64,000 nucleotides of DNA from positions 372,001-436,000 of the forward strand of contig JAHDYR010000003.1 in NCBI GenBank assembly GCA_019828565.1, written 5' to 3'. A program made the position numbers and the translations under genes. Each line of letters opens with the position of its first letter. The first letter of the stretch is position 1. This document shows, piece after piece, positions 52,862-61,398 of the stretch. Source of the stretch: Carpediemonas membranifera BICM (taxonomy: Eukaryota; Protista; Fornicata). The notes under the pieces were generated by a model, which made no database searches, had not been told where the DNA came from, and saw nothing but the letters and a program-made list of their open reading frames with translations.

Positions 52862-53955
52862 ATGGTGACGGAACATTTGGGGGGAATTGGCGCGGTTGCT
52901 GCAGCTAGTAGCTTCTGAGGAATCTGATGATCCTCGAATGCGTTCTCTGCAGCGCCGTTGTGCAACATTGGGCTCCGACATCCAAAATCTGCGATCGTCA
53001 CGCGTAGCGCCGGGCAACAGGAGGCGCAAGAGGCTTGTGCGCCGTCCCGTGTGTCACTCAGAGCCCGCTTCGTCGGTAGACGAGAGCTCGAACGATGACA
53101 GCGAAGAAGACGAATCACCGACTTCTTCGGACGATGCCCCGGGGAATGACAGCTCCCCAACGCTGCCAGACGGCCAGCCCGAAGCCAACCAGCCTGCTGA
53201 CGTGACTACTACGGTTCGCCAGCTCTCCCACGCCTCAGGAACGGACGTTTCGGACTTGAACCGGCTGGTCCATCGGCTGTTGGGCGAGCACGCCCATTCG
53301 ATTGCTCTAACACTCACTCCGCTTATGAATTCTCTCCGTGAACAGCGGTTCGAGCGTGAGTTCTCCCTCGAAGACGTCGAACGCCAACTTAAGGGTGTTT
53401 CTTGTGCGCGTCGCGTGTTGCTCGATCTTCAGGCCTTCATGAAACTTGCCCAGGCACTACCTGAACTGGACCTGCATCGCGCCGCCACTTGGCACCATGA
53501 GATGGACGCTATCCGACGCAAGCTCCCTGGTAGGGGTGACAAGTCCCTCTGCCACCTCCTGGCCTTAGCCGTCTTCCCGGGAGTCTATGGTTTTGCTTCA
53601 AGAGGCTTGCTACCGGTCCTCTGATATACCGGAGATGGAGAAGCGATTCCGCTTGGTCATGCGGGTATTCAAAGCCCATCCACAGTGGGTACCGGTACTC
53701 ATGACTACGGGCGACGGAGGGCTCCAGTTCACTGATGAGCTCCGTACTTATCGACTGGAACGAGTTGTTGGCAGTCGCAATGGCCCGGGTGGTCGACTCC
53801 TCACGTTGAAATGGGAAGACTACAGGTTTGTGACACGGTCGTACCCGACGCCGGAGTTGCTAGAATTGCCTGAAGTGGTTGCGCACCTTGCTCGTCACGG
53901 GGTTGAACCGCGCAGTACTGGACCTGCCTTCGCTGGTCGGGGCCGCCGACTCTAA
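52862..53955 (+). CDS. Antisense accessory chromodomain protein (copy 2; two homopolymer frameshifts)
   Basis: Same sequence as copy 1 except an extra G near 52880 and an extra T near 53592. Confidence 0.7.
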
Positions 53956-53998
53956 CAACTAATCAACAATAAATCAGGCGAGATGAGAATAGGAGGGT

Positions 53999-56900
53999 TT
54001 ACAACCCTTCCGACTTGGCCTGAGCAGACGACAAGAAGTCATCCAGAGCAGCAGCGTCTCTAAGGGAGCGGTATGGCTCCCAGGTAGCCTCGGAGTCTTC
54101 AAATCCTTGCCAATGGACAAGGTACTCTCTCTTTGAGACCGAGCCCGTGCCACGCGACTTGGATATCCGGTCGATATACCACTCCTCCACGCCGGCGGCC
54201 GCCACCTGCTTGATCTGTTCCTCTGATAGGGTGCCGGGGACGAACTTTCTGACGCGAGACGCATCGACCCGGATGGGTTCCGCTCCGGGCTGACCTAAGT
54301 CTTTCACCATGTAGGCTACTACAACACCGCTCTGCTTGACAGACGACACTCGTCGCATAGGCCCTCTCCAGCCCGGGGAAAGCTTGTTTGGAGGGCGCGA
54401 GGGATATTTCACGAGCACAAACCGTGACAAGATCTCCGTGCGGGTGGTGGAGGCCTTCGCCAACGCGTCTTCGCGCATGGCCAGGACACGTGCCTTGGCC
54501 AATTGTGTAGCGGCTTCGGCAGCGAGGAGATGCGACGTACGAGCTGCTGCCGTGCTGTTCTCGGTAACGTATAACTTCTCCGGCACCGCCATGTTGCTCC
54601 CGAACAGTATCTCGGCGGGGGAAAGGCGTGTTGGTTGTCTTGGCATGGAATTGACAATAAACTGCGCAACCGGTAAATGCTGACGCCAATTGCCGTTTCT
54701 GAGCTCAAACTTCCTTGCCTTGAGCACTCTCTCGACCATCTGGTTAGCTCTCTCAACCATTCCGTTGGACTGAGGGTGATGCGCGGTGGTAACGTGTGTC
54801 TCGAATCCCATGTCCTGTGCCAGCTTCTTCATGAGAGCATTATTGAACTCGGGACCTCCGTCAGACTGCAACACTCGTGGGCAACCGTAACGCAGCACCC
54901 ATGTGTTGACGAAGGCATCCACGGCATCGCGTGCGGTGGTAGACTTGACGGGGGCTAGCTCCGTCCACCTGGGACACATGTCTATCATGACTTGGACGTA
55001 TTTGTAGCCGTCACGCTCCGGGAGCGGACCTAGAGTATCGATTGCCACCCGCTGGAACGGTGCATCCACAGCCGTGTGTAGACCGTCTGTTTTTTTCAAC
55101 AGGCGGTCTCTCCAAGACCTGGCAGACAGGGCACTTGGCGACGTAGTCGTAAACGTCACGGCGAGTAACTGAGACACCGGCTTCCCGCAAACGTTCCATG
55201 GTTAACCGTCCGGAGAGGTGGGCGTTACCGAACAGGTGGGCTTTGCTGATCTCATCAACTGACGCTAGCGAGAATACGCGCGACAGACCGTCGGCTCCCC
55301 CGTTGTCTAAACCGGCCACGTGCTTCAATTCGAAATCTAGGTCTGCAATAGAATCGGCCCATCTACGCACCTTAGCGTTACTCGACCTATACATGTACAA
55401 GAGGTTGCGATGGTCGGTCAGGAGCTCGAATCTCTCCCAGGACAAGAACTTCCTCCACTTCTGAAGGGCTGACACAATCGCAAAGGCTTCCTTCTCGCCG
55501 ACACTCCATCTGGATTGGACGTCTGTGAAGGCTTTGGACATATAACACACGGGGCGACCCTCCTGCAGGAGGACAGCCCCGTACCCCACGTCGGATGCGT
55601 CAGTCATCACGACATGAGGTTTGGTCGCGTCGAACATCGCCAAAGAATCTGCCGAGCACAAGGCTTCTTTGATATCCGCTAGGGCAGCCTCTAGCTCTTT
55701 CTCTGGCACGGCCGTACGGTTAGTCGTTGCAGACACGAGTGGTTTGGCGCGGGTCGCGTAGTTCGGTACGAAGTCGCGGAAGTAGTTAAAGAATCCGACT
55801 AGACCCTGCATCCCCTTGACTGTAGGCGACAGCTTCATGTCTTGGATATCGTTGACTCTCTCTGGTGAGATCCTGACTGACCCCTCGGAAATGATCCAGC
55901 CGAGGAACTCCACCTCGGCCCGACCGAACTGACACTTGTCCCTTCCGAGCTGGAGCTTGTACTCACGGGCGCGCTGGAGGACCTTCCTCAGGTTCTCGAT
56001 GTATTCCTCTGGCGTGGCACCCATGACGATCACGTCGTCGATGTAAATGATGCAGGCGGTCCCAAGTAGCCCTCTGAACGCGTTTTCCATCGCTCTAAAG
56101 AAAGCACCGGCATTGCGAAGCCCAAAGGGCATCCGTGTATATTGGAACTGGCCGAAGGTAGTCCTGAACGCGGTATACTTCCGGCAACGCTCAGTAAGGG
56201 CGATCTGGTGGTAGCCGGCAGACAGATCGAGCGTTGCGAACACTCGCTTACCCGAAAGTTGTGTGATAACTTCGTCAATTCGAGGGATGGGGTAATCAAA
56301 TGGCTCTGTCATGGTGTTGACTTCACGAAAGTCGACGACAAAGCGAGTCTTGCCACCCTTCTTGGGTACGATGATAGTTGGGCTGGAATAGGCCGATTGA
56401 CACGCCTGTATATACCTCTTGGCCAGAAGGGTATCGATGTGTTCCTTGACAACCGGGACCTTTGGGGGCGGAACATAGTAGGGACGTACGTGGACGACTC
56501 GATCGCCCTTGAGGCATAGGTCGTAGGGCTCAAGCTTGCTCGGTTCAGTACGGTCACGGAAGAGGTCTTCGTACTCCTTGAGCAGCTTGATCTGCTGGCT
56601 CGCGATACCATCGGGGAGGGTAAGAGCCTTAGCTTCAAACTTGCTCGGGACGGGAGGATCGTCAGTTGCTTCGCTCTCCGAGTTGCTAGGCTGGGCCATT
56701 GAGGGCAGCAGTCCGATCTCTACCATCTGGCTGTAACCAAAACTGACTTCGTACGCAGTTTTGAGAACGAAAGCGCGGATCTTCAGCTCGCAGCCACGTG
56801 GCGTGAAGGGAGATGGCCTCAACGTGATCTGCACCGATACGGTGCCTTCAGCTTCTCGTATTCCACCTGCCGTTTGGATGCGTACAGTATCGTGGTTGAT

Positions 56901-58034
56901 CCTGGTAACGGCTGGCGAGGAGCACAGATCGGGAGATATCGTGGCACAGTCAGCACCAGAGTCTAGTAAGACCTTCACTTCGGCCTTCTCGATGACTCCA
57001 TTGACTACAGGCAACGACCCTCCACCTGACGCAGCGGAAAATAAACACTTCGCCCCGTTTACTGGGGACTTAAAACGGCAGAACTTCTCGAGGTGACCCT
57101 GCTTCTTGCAAACCGGGCATGTGGCACGATCCCGCGGGCACTTGAAGGATGGATGGCCCGTCTCGCCGCAGTTGTAGCACACCAGCTCGCGCTTGCCCTC
57201 TCCTCGTTGGTTCGGGGCTCTTGCGGCTGGCTTATCCTGATGATGAGGCTTGGCGATTGGCTTGGGGGCGGGATGGGTGGGTTCGTGGTGAAGACCGCGA
57301 TGGGGTTTGCCCGACTTAGCCTTGGTTGACGACTGCTTGTCGGTCATTCCGATGGAACGCAGCATGGCACGGGATTCCTCGATATCGCGAGCGATATCAA
57401 TCACCCGCGGCATAGCCTGTTCGAGGGAGAAGCCTTCGGTGAGATCCTTAACCTTGTACTGAACGCGCGAATTATCGGGTAGCTTAAAGCAACGCGCGTA
57501 GGTGTCGCAGAGGATCTCAGAGTCTACCCCGGGATCAACAAGGGAGAGGAGGGTTCTGAACCGTCGGTTCACTCGAACCACCTCCTGCGGAGTAAAGGAC
57601 GAGATGGAGAGACGGAACAAGTCGAGACGGGCAGAAAAACGGGACGGTTGCAGTGCTCTACCGAGCCGCTTGAGGACGCGGTCGTCTTTAGCGAGACGCT
57701 TGGCCTTGCGTTTACGCTTGTGCGTCTTTCGGACAGCTGCGGTTAGGATGAGGGACTGCTGGAGGGGTTGCTCGTCGTCTTTAGGCGTTCCGGCTACTAG
57801 TGAACCTTCATCGTTCACGGGGACAGAGGCCTCAGCCGAGGGGATGGCTTCAGAGGCCTTGGCGAAGAGGTTAAAGCCGAGAGCGTCAGCGTACCGTTGG
57901 ACTTCGGTGTCAATCATGTCGGCAACGTCGGCATCACCGCCTTTGGCTCGGTACTCGGACAAATCCTCGGCGAATCGGACTAATGACTCAATGGTCGTCT
58001 TCTTTAGCATAGGCATATTGTTATAGAGCGTCAT
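53999..58034 (-). CDS. Gag-Pol of element 2, copy 2 (one frameshift at the A7 run near 55093)
   Basis: 1008-aa Gag-PR-RT-RH-HHCC ORF plus a 392-aa integrase-chromodomain ORF. Confidence 0.92.
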
Positions 58035-58055
58035 CAAAACGTGGAATACTAGTAT

Positions 58056-58179
58056 TGTGGTTCGTTTGACGAACTATGTTTACAGAGGAGAAGACTCGAC
58101 ACAATGGTGTCGAGGAGAAACTCCTTGACTAACTAATATCATATATAAATCTGTGTAATCTTGGGTGAGACCCATGACA
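58056..58179. repeat. LTR of element 2 (outer 5')
   Basis: Identical 124-bp repeat. Confidence 0.92.
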
Positions 58180-58613
58180 CACCGAGCGCTCACTACTGGG
58201 ACCTACAAGGCGGAGGACTTTATGCCTGTGTTACACAAGACGCTCAGCCTCATCGCCGGACAGCACAAGGTGCTTGTCCTAGACAACGCCAGGAGTCACC
58301 GAACAACAGATACCACACTGTATGAGCGGCTGTCTGACCTACGGTGTCGGATTTATCTTCCTTCCAGGTTATGCTCCGCATCTCAACCCTATTGAGCTTG
58401 TCTTCGGTGCGATCAAGCGGAAACTGGCCGCCATCAAGCCACCTGGCGAGAATCATGCGGAGTATATCATCCGGTTGTTCGATCAGCTCCACAAGTTCTT
58501 CGATGTGCCTGGAGCGTACCGCCACTGTGGCTTCTTCTAAATGTGCATTTTGTGTCAGCAAGCAACGGGTTCAGCTATGGCGAACTAAAGCTCATTGAAA
58601 CATAGGAGAACAT

Positions 58614-58868
58614 TTAATTGGCAAACATGCTGTCGTCGAGCCCTTCTGAAGGCTGAGAATGATCCGCGGTGTCCGGCGGGCGGAAGGCCTCGGCGAGAAG
58701 AGAGTAGATTGCAGGAAGGCGATCAACTGGAACGGGAATTGGCAGGTACTGGGCATGACTGCCGGTCGTAGAAGAGTCCACGCTGATTTGCGAGCTTGAC
58801 TGGTGACCGGACGACGAGTAACGTGGCGTCGCTGGAGTACAGAGGCCAATTGGCGGCTCTGTGAGCAC
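58614..58868 (-). CDS. Short or truncated paralog of the transposon accessory ORF
   Basis: YLPIPVPVDRLPAIYSLLAEA aligns with YVLVPVPYERVTEVRALLRRA of 60031-60762. Confidence 0.45.
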   Translation of the reverse strand: MLTEPPIGLCTPATPRYSSSGHQSSSQISVDSSTTGSHAQYLPIPVPVDRLPAIYSLLAEAFRPPDTADHSQPSEGLDDSMFAN

Positions 58869-58985
58869 AGCAGTTCCTATCTAAGTGTTAAAAAGTTTGT
58901 GAAGTTATTGCTAAATTCAGGGAAAATCGACCACTGTTCAGATTTTTATGAGCTGAATTAAGTAAAAACAGATGAATTTTTAGCT

Positions 58986-59023
58986 AAAATCAACCGTTTT
59001 AAGCGCTTAATTCGGTTGATTTT
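58986..59023. promoter_or_regulatory. 38-bp near-perfect palindrome upstream of transposase 2
   Basis: AAAATCAACCG-tt-TTAAGCGCTTAA-tt-CGGTTGATTTT, ending 23 nt before ATG 59047. Confidence 0.5.
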
Positions 59024-59046
59024 CGCTCAAAAGTCAGCTTTGCGCA

Positions 59047-60021
59047 ATGTATTCTGAAGACCTAAGGTGGCGCTGTGTGTTTCTAGCCACCATATATGGA
59101 TGGTCCTTTCGAGAAATAGCCTTAGTTATGCACATTCAGAGCCATACAACTATCAGCCAATGGGTTTCACGAGCTGAAAAGACAGGAAGTGTTCGTCATA
59201 CTGACAGAGACAAGCGAAAGCCTCAAGTACCGATGGAAGTCATTGTTTACCTTACAGAGCTGATTAGATCAGATCCCTGTTTCTATTTGGACGAGCTTCG
59301 AGATAAGATCGTTCACAAGTTCAACCGAAAGATCTCCACCGCCACAGTGTGGCGCATACTACGCTTCAGCTTGAACATGACACGGAAGAGCCTCGAAAGA
59401 CGAGCCACACAAGCAACAAGCATGCAGTTTGCCCGGTTTAGTGCCGAGCTCAACGCCGTTTACCACTGTCAGGATCAGCTTATATTTGCTGACGAGACGG
59501 CAAAAGACCTTCGTGCTGGGATTAGGCTTCGCGGCTGGGCCACTGTTGGCCAGAGATGCAAAGTCACTCTGCCTTTCTCCCGCGGCCAGAGGTATAGTGT
59601 GTGCGCATGGCTGGGTCATGACGGCATACTAGGGCATACAATAACGCCAGGGACATTCGACAGGCAGCTATTCTACGACTCCTTTATCGCCAATGTGTAT
59701 TACAAAATGAATCCATGGCCTGGGCCACGGTCGATCTTAATGCTCGACAACGCCTCAATTCACCACTTTCCTCAGTTGCAGCAATGTATCGACAACATTG
59801 GCGCCAAGATGATCTTTCTGCCCCCATACAGTCCGCACCTTAATCCCATAGAGGTCATGTTCTCCATCATCAAGTCTCGCATACAGAGAGATCAAGCTGC
59901 TTTTGCTCAAGCTCCAGCATCCACACTGAGCAGGCTCTTCGCTGAAGTGACCAACAGTCAATCACACCTCTTCAGCTCCCATGGCTACCACGACGGGCAG
60001 CTGGACATACACTTCAGATAA
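59047..60021 (+). CDS. IS630/Tc1-family DD34E transposase 2, intact
   Basis: YSEDLRWR HTH; YLDELR; IFADET; LMLDNASIHH, then 34 residues to PPYSPHLNPIE. Confidence 0.92.
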   Translation: MYSEDLRWRCVFLATIYGWSFREIALVMHIQSHTTISQWVSRAEKTGSVRHTDRDKRKPQVPMEVIVYLTELIRSDPCFYLDELRDKIVHKFNRKISTATVWRILRFSLNMTRKSLERRATQATSMQFARFSAELNAVYHCQDQLIFADETAKDLRAGIRLRGWATVGQRCKVTLPFSRGQRYSVCAWLGHDGILGHTITPGTFDRQLFYDSFIANVYYKMNPWPGPRSILMLDNASIHHFPQLQQCIDNIGAKMIFLPPYSPHLNPIEVMFSIIKSRIQRDQAAFAQAPASTLSRLFAEVTNSQSHLFSSHGYHDGQLDIHFR

Positions 60022-60030
60022 ACGCTTTAT

Positions 60031-60762
60031 TCAGTCTTCCTGGTGCTCGTAGTCGGGAATGTTGAGGCTGTTGGGCATGATAGGCGGCGGGGGACGACTG
60101 ACCGGAGCTGGAGTTGTCTGGGCGCGTCTCAGTAGTGCTCGGACTTCAGTTACACGCTCATAGGGGACTGGAACGAGGACATACGCATCCAAGTCGAAGT
60201 TGGGAGGCCGTCTAGGATGCTGAGGTGTCTCTGCAAGCTCTTGGCTCGCTTGTGGCCGCTCGTATTGAACGCCAGCCGGTGGATCAAGGGCAGTGACTCC
60301 GTCAACTCCTGACGCCAGGGAGTGAGCCCAACCCATCAGCTGAGATTCGGTCAGGCCAGGATTGGCAGCACGAAGGATCTCGCGGGCTTCATGCAAAGCC
60401 TCTCGGCCGACGAGTGCGTTTCGCGGTTGGTGGACAGGTTGAGATGAAGCTGTGGTCTTGTTGGGGTCAGCAGTCCACACATATGCCTCAGGCTTGCTGC
60501 ATCTGGTGAACTTGCTCCAGGCAGCCATAGTAATGTCTTCTAAGAAGACCTTATCATTGGGAAGCTTGTAACGTACCTGAATTCTCTGCTTTGCAACGCT
60601 CTCTGCAATGTTATACCCCTTTTCGCTGACCAAGTTGCGAATATCACGCACGAAGGCTTCCATAGCTGTCCACTCTTGCTTCATCTGCACTATAAACGTG
60701 CAAAGTACCTTGTTACGAGACTTCTTCACCTTAATAGTAACATCCGTTCCCTCATCGTCCAT
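60031..60762 (-). CDS. Transposon accessory protein of unknown function
   Basis: 243-aa ATG ORF convergent with transposase 2, stops 9 nt apart, inside the TIRs. Confidence 0.65.
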   Translation of the reverse strand: MDDEGTDVTIKVKKSRNKVLCTFIVQMKQEWTAMEAFVRDIRNLVSEKGYNIAESVAKQRIQVRYKLPNDKVFLEDITMAAWSKFTRCSKPEAYVWTADPNKTTASSQPVHQPRNALVGREALHEAREILRAANPGLTESQLMGWAHSLASGVDGVTALDPPAGVQYERPQASQELAETPQHPRRPPNFDLDAYVLVPVPYERVTEVRALLRRAQTTPAPVSRPPPPIMPNSLNIPDYEHQED

Positions 60763-60821
60763 CGCTCAATTCACCTGTTTTCAGCACTCAAAACACAGTG
60801 TTTGATTGCTTAATTCAGGAC

Positions 60822-61067
60822 TCAAAATAAACAAGCTCGTGGTTGATTTAAGGTGAAAAAAGCAATACCTTGGAGGATTTTGACTGCCCATGAAGCAACC
60901 CGGTCAGTGGACAGCTCTTTGGCAAGATCGTTGCCTTCAATGAGCTCCATCATGACCGAGAGGATTGTTCTGCCATCCTCACGGTTGATTAGAGCCCTAT
61001 ACGGACAACTAGTCCTGTTGTGGCCAGGGCGGCTGCACAGCGAACACGGCATCAGCCTCTTGTTCAC
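60822..61067 (-). CDS. Small CCHC zinc-knuckle ORF next to the right TIR
   Basis: CSLCSRPGHNRTSCP. Confidence 0.4.
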   Translation of the reverse strand: MNKRLMPCSLCSRPGHNRTSCPYRALINREDGRTILSVMMELIEGNDLAKELSTDRVASWAVKILQGIAFFTLNQPRACLF

Positions 61068-61296
61068 AGTTCTGGAATGTCTTTAAACTGCTGGAGATGA
61101 TGTGGTCATTTTATTCTGGGGCAACAATACATTAGGCCGATGTTGTCGGGTTAACTACTGCTAAGCGGCTGCTGAAGGAGGCTGTGGTAATGCCCGTCAA
61201 GTATCCAGCCCTATTTGACTCTGTCCTGCAGCCGTGGAGGGGCGTGCTCCTCTTTGGTCCAAGTGGAACTGGTGTTTGTACCCATATTTTTATTAG

Positions 61297-61329
61297 TAAT
61301 TTATTATTAATTTATTATTAATTTATTAT
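61297..61329. repeat. Three tandem copies of TAATTTATTAT within the katanin intron
   Basis: Read directly from the sequence. Confidence 0.85.
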
Positions 61330-61398
61330 ACAGAAGACCTTGCTCGCCAAGGCCGTTGCTACAGAGTGCCAGACGACATTCTTCAACTGCAAGGCCTC

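Larger units (their letters stand above)
46233..58179 (-). mobile_element. Tandem dimer of a Ty3/Gypsy chromovirus (element 2): LTR-internal-LTR-internal-LTR
   Basis: Three identical 124-bp TG...CA LTRs; 4-bp TSD CACC (46229-32, 58180-83); PPT GGAGGGGCAG; two near-identical internal regions of about 5.8 kb. Confidence 0.95.
45602..58540 (+). pseudogene. IS630/Tc1 transposase 1, split by the LTR dimer (45602-46232 + 58184-58540) and frameshifted near 58330
   Basis: HTH; VFLDES; GILH|RALTTGTY restored by removing the insert plus one CACC; LVLDNARSH; FLPGYAPHLNPIE. Confidence 0.88.
45560..61127 (+). mobile_element. Composite IS630/Tc1-mariner DNA transposon (about 3.6 kb without the nested LTR dimer)
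   Basis: Perfect 30-bp TIRs TTGTTGCCCCAGAATAAAATGACCACATCA (45560-45589 / 61098-61127); TA TSD (45558-59, 61128-29). Confidence 0.92.
45200..61398 (+). pseudogene. KATNAL2: Katanin p60-like (KATNAL2) AAA ATPase gene fragmented by transposons (pieces 45200-45559 and 61130-61398; intron 61274-61333)
   Basis: Empty-site reconstruction: IQQDILQFNPNV|[28 protein letters not shown]...[14 protein letters not shown]|KTLLAKAVATECQTTFFN. N-terminus missing; W codon reads TAG. Confidence 0.85.

Noticed and set aside
48140-53600. Copy-specific frameshifts (about 48150, 50701, 50858, 52880, 53592) and the element 3 shift at about 62358 as programmed recoding
   Set aside because: All are 1-nt changes in homopolymer runs, and the element 2 ones are absent from the sister copy; most likely long-read consensus errors
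55085-55100. A AAA AAC as a classical -1 ribosomal frameshift site
   Set aside because: The integrase core is in the +1 frame; a -1 slip would not reach it
46233-58179. Three spaced direct repeats with hairpins, superficially CRISPR-like
   Set aside because: They are 124-bp LTRs separated by duplicated 5.8-kb internal regions; no spacers or cas genes
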